A stretch of DNA of 63,458 bases, filler included, from Phoronis australis (taxonomy: Eukaryota > Animalia > Phoronida), in the NCBI GenBank assembly GCA_002633005.1. It is 5 parts of 5 records of this genome, joined end to end, with 100 filler letters (N's around TTAATTAATTAA, not from the genome) between each part and the next. Parts side by side here need not be neighbours in the genome. Positions count along the whole stretch, not along the records: positions 1 to 26,345 come from NMRA01001332.1; positions 26,446 to 54,128 come from NMRA01000546.1; 3 more parts are not named here. One strand, 5' to 3'. The stretch's first letter is position 1; every line of letters begins with the position of its first letter. The translations under genes and the position numbers were made by a program. The notes under the pieces are model-generated. The model saw only the letters and a list, made by a program, of their open reading frames with translations, was not told the DNA's origin and did no database searches. Shown here piece by piece: positions 25,576 to 37,691 of the stretch.

Positions 25576-25799
25576 ATGGCAACTCGCAATCCTGACTTGG
25601 AGGAGTATTCATCTGACGAAGACTTCCCAGGTAGATCGTTAGTTTTCTTAGGATATCAGTTCGAACCAGCTAGAGTACACTGATCAAGAAGTATTAGAGA
25701 GGCGCCGTGAACGTGCACAAACAATGGAGCACATGGATAGTTCCGAAAACCGTCTCATGGTGTCAGTGCGCTAACTGAACCATAATGGAAACAACTGAT
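25576..25799 (+). pseudogene. KolX (P2X7 cytoplasmic-domain-like) N-terminal remnant
   Basis: MATRNPDLEEYSSDED...GYQFEP/EYTDQEVLERR.../SWCQCAN*TIMET across frameshifts, matching the Y.FEP...WC.C..C..M.T signature. Confidence 0.65.
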
Positions 25800-26128
25800 C
25801 CACGTTACTTTGCTTCCTGCCTGCCGAACGCAAACACACTAGAAACAGTACCTTACTTCAGCCTCGGTTGCTTTTTCTGCCCTGGCATGAGCTATTTGGC
25901 AAGCCGGAATTCGTCAGTGAAATCACTGTCCATGAAATGTCTGCCACAGACACGGAGATGTTTCACGACCTCGTACTTGGTATGAACTCCGTACTTGTCG
26001 TTTTTCACTGCCGCGAGCCACTTCCGAAGCATTTCGGGCTCTCGAGGAAATCGAAAAAATGATGTACCCGTTTTCCTCGCCGCTTCATAGTTCGAACAGG
26101 CAGGAACGACACACCACACCTTCCTCAC
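25800..26128 (-). pseudogene. THAP zinc-finger N-terminus of the Kolobok transposase
   Basis: CVVPAC...FFRFP...W...VCGRHF..SDF...RLK*GTVSSVF; in-frame stops present. Confidence 0.85.
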
Positions 26129-28060
26129 AGGCTAACGCGACACCTCTCGGCAAGGTAAGGTCGACCGTGTACGAGCCGATGTGGCCCCAGACCGATTAAG
26201 ACGATAAAAAAAATAAATCGGGTGGCATTAGCCTTTAAGACATTTTCGGGACTGGGTGAGGAACTCGAGAAGTAAAGCTTAATGGCGAAGGCAACCTTTT
26301 TTCATGTCATTTTTAGCAAAAATGAGGTTTGTTGATTATCCCAGANNNNNNNNNNNNNNNNNNNNNNNNNNNNNNNNNNNNNNNNNNNNTTAATTAATTA
26401 ANNNNNNNNNNNNNNNNNNNNNNNNNNNNNNNNNNNNNNNNNNNNTTTCTGTAACTCGTGGTCGTATACCATATTGTCGCAGTGCCTCACTTTACAGACG
26501 GTAGACTAACCACCGTCTATAGATGACTCTGTAGAGATGGTGTAGCTCAGTTCTGAAAATCGGAAGTTGGTCATTTTTAACCCTGCGGGTAGGACGTGAT
26601 ATCCACTGGCATACTCAGTGTTAAAAATGACCAGTTTCCGATTTGATAACAGCGTGACTTAGATATTTTATTAAGTATGAGGCATAATTTGCCGAAAAGC
26701 GTTTGGCGTATGAATAATTGAAGCATAATTAACTAAATACTGAAAGTGCTCTTCCTGCTTTACCATGATGATAATTTTGAAAGATGTCGAGCAAATTATT
26801 GATACCTGGTATCACCGAAAGAATTCTGCTGGGTGGTGAATTTTCTGCCTGGCTTATTTGGACAGTATTGCCATCTGGACTTGCTGGACAGGATGAGCAA
26901 ACCAAAAGGCGAATTTTGTCAGAAACACATGTATTGGTTTTAAATGATACATTTTGGCCTGCCATTTGCATTACTTTTTGAATCTTTTAAATCCCTTGGA
27001 CGGTTCCGTAGTGTTTTAAATGTTACACCCTCAAACATGGCCTTTTTCAGCAAATGACCATCAAAAATTTCAAGGCATGTTTGTTGGCATGTTTATTTGT
27101 ATGTGATTGAAATACTTTGACCCATTGTTGCGCTAAAACAAGATGACAAGTACTTTCCATGCTGGTTAACAACATATAATATGAACCTCATCGTGATGTA
27201 TTTTGCAAGTGACGGCCTAATCCAAATTTTAAGTTCATGGCCTACAGAGTATATGGCTTTAACCCAAAAGAAAACTTAAGAAAGATAATTTAAAATCTGA
27301 AAGAATGTTGTCTTTGAAAACGTCAGAACATATCAGGCATTGATAATGGTTAAAGAAAAAAGTCAGTAAAGTTTTAATGGTTAAAGTATTCTTTTTTCTT
27401 AATATTCTATACATGCTTCTATAACCATAAACTACAAAAAATGGAAGTACGAATTTTTAATTATTAAACAAATTTCAACATAACCTTAAAATTTTCTGCA
27501 ATTTCAAAATGGATTTTAGATTTGTGCAGAATATCCTGATGGAAAGTTTTTTGAAAATTATTGACAGCTTGCTGTAGCGACAATTAACCAATCACATTCC
27601 AAATAAGTTCCAGTGTATAAACAGCACTGACATGGAACAAATGGACTCTGCGGTGACAACTTTTGCCACCCATTTGGTAGGTAGAGCAATTTGCACTCGA
27701 ACACCTTGCTTTGTGTCAATCATATGTCTAAATGTGTAACTGGAGCAAGGTTGAAAGGATCATCTTTTCTGCGCTTGCCTAATGACCTATGTACAGGTTC
27801 TTTGTCTTTGCAGTTAATCTCGTCATTTGTAAACCTGCACATGTGCAATCCAGTCTCTCCAGCCTGCAATTTCTCTCTTGCCACAGTTAGTGAGTTGTGT
27901 GTGTAAACGGATGCTTGATACCGATCTATTTGCTTCATGTCAGTTGCGCCGGGCCAAAAGTTGTTGTCTAAATGGGACTTTAGTCAGTGTCCAGGATCTA
28001 AACATATCTGCGCCCCTTTACACTTGGTTGCTTTTTAACTGTTCTCATTTTACATTTAAG

Positions 28061-28189
28061 AGGATGTCCATGTGACTAATGCCAATTGTCAAGACTTACT
28101 CATGGCTGCTGACATGTTTAGTTTGTCTCAAGTGAAACAACTATGCTGTGACTATATGAGTGCTCATATAGACAACACTAACTGTATAG
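28061..28189 (+). CDS. IPP: IPP/KLHL27 exon (BTB domain C-terminal part)
   Basis: AG/GT boundaries, 129 nt, phase 1/1; DVHVTNANCQDLLMAADMFSLSQVKQLCCDYMSAHIDNTNCIG. The upstream exon was not found (possibly in the gap). Confidence 0.85.
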
Positions 28190-28810
28190 GTAAGTATGAT
28201 GACCAAGAACTCAGGTCTTAAACACACAACAACATGACCCGGGGGGTACTCACAGAGAATGTTTTGTCATTCAGTTGCTGGCTATTGTTTCATGATTGGT
28301 TTTCTTATGAAAGTGTGCCTTTTCAAAAACTCCCTAAGAGAGCATGTCTCGTCAATTTTAATTGACAACATAATGTTTCAGTTTGGGACGTCAAAACCGT
28401 ATCTGGTTTCTGTTTATTGTTTCTTTAGAAGGGTTTTTAAATTTTTCGTTTCAACAGATTTTTTCATTTTTGATGCTTGCCAGCTGTTCAAGAATTCCTG
28501 TGAAAGTATTATATGGTTGATGTAATTTAAATCTATAAGAAACGGGCAGTGTATCGAATATAACTCTATGAAATTATACCTTTTTCATATAAGGCCCTTA
28601 GAAATGTTTTCCTTTTCCAAAGTGCATTCTTTAAATGGATGGCTATTTTAATGTTCTAGTTGTACTCCTATCATAAATATTGTCTATTCTGTTCTGTATT
28701 CAATGGGTAGCAGCGCAAGTTATTTTCCTAACCAGTCACATGACTTCGTGACTGGAGTTCAAAGTCCAAACTCTTAGGTCACCATGGTCTGTATACTCCA
28801 CTGTTCTCCA

Positions 28811-29340
28811 GGAGATGTCGTGACTCAGTGGTTAGAGCTCCGGACTCTCGCTTGGGAGACCTGAGTTCAAATCCTGGTTTCACTGGCTGGCATCCGAGCA
28901 TTGAACAAAGGTGTATCCATCATGAGAGACCTGAGTTTAAATCCTGGCTTCACTGGCTGACATCCGAGCATTGAACAAAGGTGTATCCATCATGAAATAC
29001 CTGAGTTCAAATCCTGGTGTCAATGGCTGGCATCCGAGCATTGAACAAAGGTGTATCCATCATGAGAGACCTGAGTTCAAATCCTGGTTTCACTGGCTGG
29101 CATCCAAGCATTGAACAAAGGTGTATCCATCATGAGAGACCTGAGTTCAGATCCTGGCTTCACTGGCTGGCATCCGAGCATTGAACAAAGGTGTATCCAT
29201 CATGAGAGACCTGAGTTCAAATTCTGGCTTCACTGGCTGGCATCTGAGCATTGAGCAAAGGTGTATCCATCATGAGAGACTTGAGTTCAAATCCTGGCTT
29301 CACTGGCTGGCATCCGAGCATTGAACAAAGGTGTATCCTA
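28811..29340 (+). repeat. tRNA-derived SINE head with a 70-bp unit tandemly repeated 7 times
   Basis: A-box-like TGACTCAGTGG at 28821; B-box GAGTTCAAATCC inside a 70-bp unit starting at 28856, 28926 ... 29276. Confidence 0.85.
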
Positions 29341-29610
29341 TTCCTCTGAGCTAGATCTTATTTGTGAATGTGCTCAAAGGAGTGAATAAGAACCTGGATG
29401 TAATGCAAAAGCGATTTCTGGGGCTGTGCTCATATTTGAACTTTTCTTCATACATGCTACCACCATGTTTTGCTCTATGTTTGGAAATCTTCAGCCATGC
29501 TTCAACAGTTCTGGGCCTTGTTCGAAATCTTCAGCTGCATTTAAAATGATTTTTTCTCCTGAACAAGATATATTATTGAACTGATTGCATTCTGTATTCA
29601 ATTAACTGGT

Positions 29611-29880
29611 GGTCTCAATGGCTGAGTGGACTAGATCACGTGCACTAGAGGGTCTGAGTGGACTAGATCATGTCCACTAGAGGCTCTGAGTGGACTAGAT
29701 CACCTGCACTAGAGCCTCTGAGTGGACTAGATCACCTGCACTAGAGGGCGGAGAGGGTCTCTGTTGGAGCAGAATATCTTCAGTATATTTATTAGGTCAC
29801 ATGATGTGGCCACAAGTGGCGTGCTGATCAAGCTTAAAAGTGTTCGCGATACATATTTCCACGTCGGTTTAGGAATTACA
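29611..29880 (+). repeat. Second SINE-like element with a 32-bp unit repeated 4 times
   Basis: TGGCTGAGTGG A-box-like start; units at 29622, 29654, 29686, 29718; downstream body (attaggtcac.tgatg.ggc...gcgtgctg) shared with ~54620-54710. Confidence 0.65.
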
Positions 29881-30190
29881 TATTTATCAGTATGAGCTTG
29901 TATTACAAAGTGGTGGTGCTATGTTTTGCTCTACAAATGATAATGAATTATGACACACAGTTTGCACCACGCTTGAATGAATTATGAAGTAAAAGGGTTG
30001 TCTAAATATCAGCAGTTGTTTTTGTGAAACAACACTTATTGGAAAGTTAGAATGTGAAAACAGGACACACAGTTTGCACCACGCTTGAATGTATGCTGTG
30101 AGAAAACCCTGTGCTCTTATCCTGCGGGTTTTTACCTTTTTATCTGATTAATTATTGTAATTATAATGCGTATTTTCTCTTTGTTCTCAG

Positions 30191-31063
30191 GTGTTTACCT
30201 GCTTGCTGATCAGTATTCATGTCCAGACCTGAAAGCAGTCTGTGAGCGCTACATGCAAGGACATTTCCTTCAAGTTTCCCAACAGGAGGAGTTTCTCTGC
30301 CTCTCGCATTTTGAGATAGAAAAACTGGTCCAAAGTGAGCACTTGAATATTGAACACGAAAGTCAAGTGTTTACGGCCAGTCTAAAATGGTTCATGCACA
30401 ACGTAACTGATCGAAGGCAACATGTCTTCAATGTTCTCCAGTGGATCAGATTCCCTATAATTCCTCAAGACCAAATCCAAAAGATATTAGATACATGCAA
30501 TGACCTTAGTCTGCAAGTTGCCATCCAGAAGCTTGTGCAGGACTGTGGGGGTCGCCGAAAGAGGGCGTCAAAACTGTGGAGGGAGTGTAGTGCACTGCCG
30601 CGTCTGTCAGCACGGCGCCACCTGTATGTAATTGGGGGCTACAGTCGGGCCATAGGAGGGCGCTGGAGTGACAGTATGTCATTATCATCTGTTGAACATT
30701 ATGATTTCGTCAAACATTGTTGGACAAGTGTTCCATCAATGACCACTAGGAGGAGTAGTCATGGAGCAGTAGCACACAACGGTCGTATCTATGTTATAGG
30801 TGGAGAAAATGACTCGCTCATTTATGCCAGTGGAGAAAGCTATGACCCTATAACAAATAAATGGACTATGCTGCCAAGCATGAATTCGCCTCGATGTGGA
30901 CTGGGTGTGTGTGTTGTGGATGACTACATTTATGCCTTGGGAGGTTGGATAGGGTCTGAGATCGGTAAAACTATTGAAAAGTTTGACATTCACACACAGA
31001 CCTGGGTTGTTTGTGGGATGTTACGGACACTGTTGTTTGGTATGGGCATTGTTGCTTCCCACG
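30191..31063 (+). CDS. IPP: IPP/KLHL27 exon (BACK domain and kelch repeats 1-3)
   Basis: 873 nt, phase 1/1; IPP-typical GGY.R..GGRWSDS, GGE.DS.I, PRCGLGVCV, ALGGW.G.EIG.TIE.FD. Confidence 0.92.
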
Positions 31064-31219
31064 GTATGTATTGTCTAATGTGCAGTCACAGTTGATAGTG
31101 TATGGACATTGTTACTTCCCATAATATGTATTGTCTAATGTGCAGTCACAGCTGACAATGTATGGACATTGTTACTTCCCACGGTATGTATTGTCTAATG
31201 TTCAGTCACAGTTGATAGT
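31040..31219 (+). repeat. 60-bp x3 tandem repeat spanning an IPP exon/intron junction
   Basis: Period of 60 visible directly; copies 1 and 3 contain CACG|gtatgt. Confidence 0.9.
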
Positions 31220-31694
31220 ATACTCATAGTAAATCTCATCTGCCTTCTGACATTAACATTACACATTGGAGTGAACATGTACTGTTACTGAGCTACACAG
31301 TCAGCTTTGGCAAAGTTAAAATTAAAGTGTGACTGGAATGCTTACACATTCTGCTATGTGTTCAGTTTTCTTCTATTCGCGAAAATGAACATGTTACCGA
31401 CTGCCACTGTTATGAACGGAAGTTAGATTTTATCACTGTTCCTGAGTTGCACAAAATTGGCCAATTGTGTTCATACTCGTAGGACAGTGATGGTGGCATG
31501 ACCTCGAATAGTCTATTAGGCATGTGGCTCCTTCTAGTGGCTTGAATAAATTTGATAAAATTTAGTAGCATTCAGTCTGCAGCAGAAGTGCAAATAACCA
31601 AAACCTACATTTTCACTCTTTTTGAAGTTTTGTGGTTTCAACAGAAAAAATCCAAACAGTTAATTCTATTTTGAATAATTGAAATTCATTTCAG

Positions 31695-31820
31695 GATGCA
31701 TTTATGTATTGGGTGGTCAAAACGACCTGGGCACAGAGCTCTGCAGTGTGGAGTGTTATGATGTTGATGAGGAATTGTGGATTAGTTTACCTGATATGAA
31801 GTGTCCGCGGGCGCATGTAG
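31695..31820 (+). CDS. IPP: IPP/KLHL27 exon (kelch repeat)
   Basis: 126 nt, AG/GT, phase 1/1; GCIYVLGGQNDLGTELCSVECYD...PRAHV. Confidence 0.88.
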
Positions 31821-32485
31821 GTGAGTTGGTAATTATTTTGAGTTCTGAACTATTTTACCTGAGGTGAAGTATCCCCATGCGTATATATTAGCTAAGCACC
31901 AAATTTTTACGATTTAATGAAATGTCCCCCACTTTGAGTTTTTGTCATCACAAAATGAAGTTTATTGTGCAAAATTCAAAAGGACTAATTGATGACTAAC
32001 CGCTGACTAACTAATGACTAAGAGATGACTAACCGATGACTAACCGAGGGGACACTTAAGTTAGTGCAATAACTTCCTTTGGGGCAACTGGAATTCATTT
32101 GAAAATAATGTTTAGCCTCAGTTACATTTATAACCAGATTTTTCTCCAAAATAATTACCATAATATTCTTTAGTCATTCTTTGCAGTATTTCACACCCGC
32201 CGTATCTCACTGTGTGTGTCGTCAGCTTATACTCTGTGGTGGCATTACTGCGTCATTTTATCTTCACTTAAGAATGAAACAAGTATGTTTCGAAGTATCG
32301 TGTGCTGCTTATTTATGTCACTAGGTCAGTTACTTTATCTATGTTCAACTGAAAGTAGAGTTTTGTTCCGAAGGTATGAATGTAACGGAATAAAGACCAT
32401 CAATAATGAAAAGTGTCGTGTGTTTCATCACTTCTGTATATCCAAAAACTTGCTCCCGAAGTACAGCCAGTTATATTCATGAATG

Positions 32486-32617
32486 AAAATGAGAAATGAC
32501 CAATTTCAAAATGAGACATGACCAATTTCAAAATGAGACATGACCAATTTCAAAATGAGACATGACCAATTTCAAAATGAGAAATGACCAATTTCAAAAT
32601 GAGACATGACCAATTTC
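32486..32617. repeat. 22-bp x6 minisatellite
   Basis: Unit aaaatgagamatgaccaatttc. Confidence 0.95.
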
Positions 32618-33344
32618 AATATGTCCTTGCCGTTACACAATAGGTTGGCGAAGCTCATCTCATTAAAATTGTGGTTAAATTGATGACACTCCGTAAAGTA
32701 TTGAGTTGATAATGAAATAAGATACTGTCTTTTTTAATTTTGTTCACTTAGAAAAAACATTTACTCAGCAGAGGACATTTTGTAACAGGAAGGACAAGTT
32801 GCACAGGTGATATAACTTGTTATGCAAGGAGATTATTTAAGGTTTTAGCAATTAGTGTAAATTCAGCAAACTGCATGTTTTGTTTGGTGAATGACTTCTT
32901 TCAGTTTGACATCTGAAGCTGTAAACTAAAATTATTACTGTCGATGTAGCAAGGTCCCAGAGCCCAGCATCGTTGCGCTAGTTGTGATCATCATCAGTGT
33001 CTAAAAGTCGGGAATCGCGCGTTTCCTAACACTATGCGCTAAATCTTCAATCTTAAAAAGTCGGGGATGGGCGCTTAACCGAGAGGTGGGAGCTTAAGTG
33101 GAAATCTTCAAAAATCGTAGAGGAGCGGTTAACCGAGCAGTGGGCGGTTAAATCGAAAATCCACTTTAAGTAGTGGGTGGGCGGTTAACTGAGCATGGGC
33201 ATTAACCCAACATTTACGGTACATTGGAGATGGAACTGTACCTTATTTATGTCTGATTTTAAACATAAAGTTAGATGTCTTGTGAGAGAATGTTTTGAGA
33301 GGAACTGTTGTGGTGAAAGTATTCTTTATCTGTTGCAAACATGT

Positions 33345-33528
33345 CAAATAGTCACAGTCAGGTGAGGGACTGAGTGATCACTTGACTCTTATTGACTCAG
33401 TGTCTACTCAAACAGTCACAGGTGAGGGTCTGAGTGATCACTTGACTATCATTGACTCAGTGTCTACTCAAATAGTCACAGGTGAGGGACTGAGTGATCA
33501 CTTGACTACTATTGACTGAGTGTCTACT
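33345..33528. repeat. 60-bp x3 tandem repeat
   Basis: ggtgagggactgagtgatcacttgact... at 33361, 33421, 33481. Confidence 0.9.
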
Positions 33529-33801
33529 TGGGGAAGAAGAGATATCCATTATTATAGACACTCATACACTTTAGCGATCTAACAAGTCCATTGGTTAGAC
33601 AGTTAGCGTAATTAAGGGTGATATTATTAAGGAGAACCAGAATCAAAAAAGCAATCCATTGGTACTAAGATTTTAAATGCAAAAAGTTATTTATTTTTAA
33701 TTAAAATTCTATTTAAAAAATGGTCAGCAAAGTTACACATTTATCGTTCTAGTTAAACCCTTGTAACATATCAAGGAAAACCTTTAAAAGAGAAATAAAT
33801 T

Positions 33802-34034
33802 GAAAAAGTCGCCCTCTTGTGGGGCACAAACTTACTAATCTATGTGACATGTCCTATATGAAAAAGTCGCCTTCTTGTGGGTCACAAACTTACTAATCTA
33901 TGTGACATGTCCTATATGAAAAAGTCACCCTCTTGTAGGGCACAAACTTACTAATCTATGTGACATGTCCTATATGAAAAAGTCACCCTCTTGTGGGGCA
34001 CAAACTTACTAATCTATGTGACATGTCCTATATG
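33802..34034. repeat. 58-bp x4 tandem repeat
   Basis: gaaaaagtc...gtcctatat at 33802, 33860, 33918, 33976. Confidence 0.95.
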
Positions 34035-34326
34035 CATCTAGTTCATGTGCTTACAGCAACGCATGAAAATATGGAAACCAGTTGCAGCCATGAAACAGTC
34101 CTAAACAGGGACTCGACTAAGTTCCCTAAATCTACTGCGTATTTTTGGACAAATGAAAAGTCGTTGTTGTTTTAGTTAATTACTAAGTCAACTTTTGTCT
34201 TTGGTACACGTGGAGAGTGAACTATGTTGAACTGTCAATATTATCGAAAATAATCGCATCTTTTCATGCAACACCCTCAATTTAAGAACTGAGTCCTTAT
34301 ATATTTTCAATGAACTCTACACTCAG

Positions 34327-35838
34327 TTTTTATGCGCCCACATATTTATATGTGGACGCATTATGCCGTCATCTCCGTCCGTCCATCCGTCAGGGCGGCG
34401 TCCGGCGTCCGCTGCTCTACATGTATCTCCAAAACCCTTTGACATACGTTCTTGAAATTTGGCACATATGTTCCATTCATGAATGGGACGGCATGTGCGA
34501 ACTTTCGCACGGATCCGACTACCGGTCTGCCCCATAGTGGCAATTTTAGTTTTTTACGCTAACCTTTGTATCTTCAAAAATCCTTAACGGATTTTCATGA
34601 AATTTGGCATGTAGGCACCTATTACTGAGATGACGCTATCCTTCCGTTTTCAGATGGATTCGTCATAGTTTGCGCCACCTAGTGGCCATTTCTAGTGTTT
34701 TCGAGTCTGTTTTTGTGCGTCCACACCACTATCAACCAAACCGCTCAAAGGATGATTGTGAAAATTGGCGTGTATGTACTTACTGTAAAGAAGACAGCTT
34801 ACAATGATTTTCAGATGATTTGGACTACTGTGGCGCCTCCTAGTGGCAGTTTTGTTTTTTTGCGCCTATGGCTATATCTCCTAAACCGTTCGCAGAATCT
34901 TTACGGAATTTAATAAGTGTATTTATATGATGTTAACAACAGACGATGACGACTTTTGGACGGATCCACCTACCAGTGTGCCCCCTAGTGGCAATTTTAT
35001 GTTTTTACGTTTACCTCTGTATCTTCACAAGTCCTTAACGGATTTTCATGAAATTTGGTATGTAGGCACCTATTAGTGCGATGACGCTATCATCCCATTT
35101 TCGGATGGATTCGACCTAGTTTGCAACACCTAGTGGCCATTTTTACTGTTTTTCAGTATGTTTTTTGGCGTCCACCCCTCTATCAACCAAACCGCTCTAA
35201 GTATGATTGTGAAAATTGGCATGTATGCTCTTACTATGAAGAGGACGGTTGACGCTGAATTTCCCATGACTTTGATTACTGTGGCGCCTCCTAGTGGCAG
35301 TTTTTTTTTTGCGCCCATGGCTGTATCTCCCAAAGCGTTTGTAGGATCTTTACTAAATTTAGCAAGTGTATTTATGTGTTGTTGATAACGGACGATGACG
35401 ACTTTAGGATGATTCTGAATACCGGATGCCTCTAGTGGCAATTTAAGTATTTTACATTGACCACTGTATTTTGATAGGTCTTCTGGTGTATACTTTGTGT
35501 TACTTCGTGACTATGAGGGAAAAGTTACAAGTAGAAATTTGTTTCTGGCATTCTAATGCTGTGCTAATCTCGTATGTTAGTAAATTTGTTTTTAATTCTA
35601 TGTTTCTGTGGTGCTTTAATCAACTGATGTATAGGATGTGCTTGTATTATGAAGATCACTCACATTTTGCCCCCAGCCTATTGAGGAGACAATGACCATG
35701 CCTTTCCATTTTGCAAAGTACAACATACTACATATATGCCCTCTACTGGCCACTTTATGGTACCATTAAACAACCCTAGAAGGATACCGTATACGGTGCA
35801 ATTGTGGGCGCATTTCAATGCTCTGCGTTGCTCTTGTT
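34327..35838 (+). mobile_element. Helentron-associated non-autonomous element (HINE/DINE-1-like), apparently complete
   Basis: T-run start; 5' subTIR ATGCGCCCACA with adjacent inverted copy; GTCC microsatellite; ~150-bp diverged tandem monomers (three-monomer higher order ~450 bp); 3' subTIR TGTGGGCGCAT (35803-35813), short hairpin and CTTGTT end. Confidence 0.8.
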
Positions 35839-36391
35839 AGTAATATTGTTAGAAAATGTCATTGAGGAAAGATGACATGATGAAGATGAAATGATAGAAA
35901 AATATTGCATCTGTGAGTTCCTGAAGAAACAAACATGCAAAAAAAATTCTTACGTAGCTTAATTGAGTCCCTATTTGGGACTGTTTCTTGCAACCGGTCA
36001 CTGACGCCCAAACTCTCTTTATTGACTCAGAAACTCATGCACAGCTTTCAAGTCGTCAATGAGTCATATTTCTGTTTGGGGCACAAACTGTGCTTGCGGG
36101 TGCTTCAGCCTTGTTTTGTAGCTTGACATTGTGTTTAGCATTCTGATATGTGTTTGAGCATAGGGATATTAGTTTGTGAGTCGGTTAACTTGGTCTTATC
36201 ATTTGTGCCCTGTTTATGAGTGTGAAATTGTGCCTTTGTGTGAACATGACAGTCGTGTTTTTGGGTATCTTGTATTTAGTTTTTAATTCTCAAGTGATGT
36301 TCAACACTTAATATTTGATGACGATGTTTATCATTGCTAATGTACACTGTCTATGAGGGTCATCACTCCATTTCTCAAATTTGCATTACAG

Positions 36392-36486
36392 CGACTGTAA
36401 TTCATGACGACTACCTTTATGCAATAGGAGGTTGGAACGAACGTGATAATGCTCTGAAAACTGCTGAAAGATTTTCATTGGTAGAG
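36392..36486 (+). CDS. IPP: IPP/KLHL27 exon (kelch repeat); final exon not found
   Basis: 95 nt, AG/GT; YLYAIGGWNERDNALKTAERFSLVE resembles the IPP segment IY.VGGWNE..DAL.T.E..S..E. Confidence 0.88.
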
Positions 36487-36710
36487 GTGAGTCAAAAAAC
36501 TCTAAATACTCTACTCTACTAAAAACACACCTAAATGTTTTTACTTTCTTCTTACTTAATGTGAGCTTTCCACAGACAAATTTTAAAGACGTCAGTGTAC
36601 GATACTTCAACGTGTAATGAATAGTATTGTTTTTTCTTCGTTCACTGTCACACTCCACTTGGTGCACCATTGATGTTAAGTACCTGACATAATCTGAAGA
36701 TTGTGTTGGA

Positions 36711-37211
36711 TATCACTAATCAATTATACCTCATCAGTATATAGGACTGTACACAATATGTATCACTAATCAACTATACCTCATCAGTATATAGGACTGT
36801 ACGCAATATGTATCACTAATCAACTATACCTCATCAGTATATAGGACTGTACACAGTATGTATCACTAATCAACTATACCTCATCAGTATATAGGACTGT
36901 ACACAATATGTATCACTAATCAACTATACCTCATCAGTATATAGGACAGTACACAATATGTATCACTAATCAACTATACCTCATCAGTATATAGGACTGT
37001 ACACAGTATGTATCACTAATCAACTATACCTCATCAGTATATAGGACTGTACACAATATGTATCACTAATCAACTATACCTCATCAGTATATAGGAATGT
37101 ACACAATATGTATCACTAATCAACTATACCTCATCAGTATATAGGACTGTACACAATATGTATTACTTATCAACTATAACTCATCAGCATATGGGACTAT
37201 TCATGATATGT
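36711..37211. repeat. 50-bp x10 tandem repeat
   Basis: Unit tatcactaatcaactatacctcatcagtatataggactgtacacaatatg. Confidence 0.95.
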
Positions 37212-37565
37212 AGAGATAAGTTCTCTAGTTTCAACCATCGTGAGAATCATCCATTTGTACAAATTGTCTAAATACTCAAATTCATCCCCCAATTGGTCGA
37301 TTTTCACATAAACATGTTAATGGAAGTTACATAATGGAAGAAAATAATATTGACATGTTGAACTGTTACATGGCAACACCTTATAACAACTACAGGTACA
37401 CACAGATGCAGATTGTAATTTAGTTGTGAGACATTTTAAATTTAATAGGAACGTCATCTCTTTCAATGACTTTGCTATTATAGACCAAGCAGAAACAATA
37501 TTGGAGCTGAAACTCCGTGAGGTTCTTCTTACCAATTGGTGTAAGCCCAGTCTCAATGGGTTAGG

Positions 37566-37691
37566 CCTACTGGCACACAAGAGGTCGTCATTGTTTGTCT
37601 AGTCCAGTGTTACTCCTACTGGCACACCAGGAGGTCGTCATTGTTTGTCTAGTCCAGTGTTACTCCTACTGGCACACCAGAGGTCGTTATT
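37566..37691. repeat. ~50-bp x2.5 tandem repeat ending at a contig break
   Basis: Unit cctactggcacaccaggaggtcgtcattgtttgtctagtccagtgttact; N at 37692. Confidence 0.85.

Larger units (their letters stand above)
24431..26234. mobile_element. Kolobok DNA transposon, internal-deletion derivative
   Basis: TTAA TSD (24427-24430, 26235-26238); imperfect TIRs AGGAACATGCCACCC / GGGTGGCATTAGCCT; contains convergent KolX and THAP stubs. Confidence 0.8.

Noticed and set aside
26390-26401. TTAATTAATTAA inside N runs (also ~54173, 58667, 61557)
   Set aside because: Identical six-frame-stop linker centred in fixed-length gaps; a scaffolding artefact.
28811-28880. tRNA gene (also ~37890-37950 and 38470-38550)
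   Set aside because: A/B boxes only; no paired acceptor or anticodon stems, so treated as SINE heads.
28856-29340. CRISPR-like appearance of regular repeats (also 36711-37211)
   Set aside because: Units are head-to-tail with no unique spacers, there are no cas genes and the context is eukaryotic.
33060-33221. MITE ending in TTTACGGTA
   Set aside because: Only one terminus found; boundaries cannot be supported.
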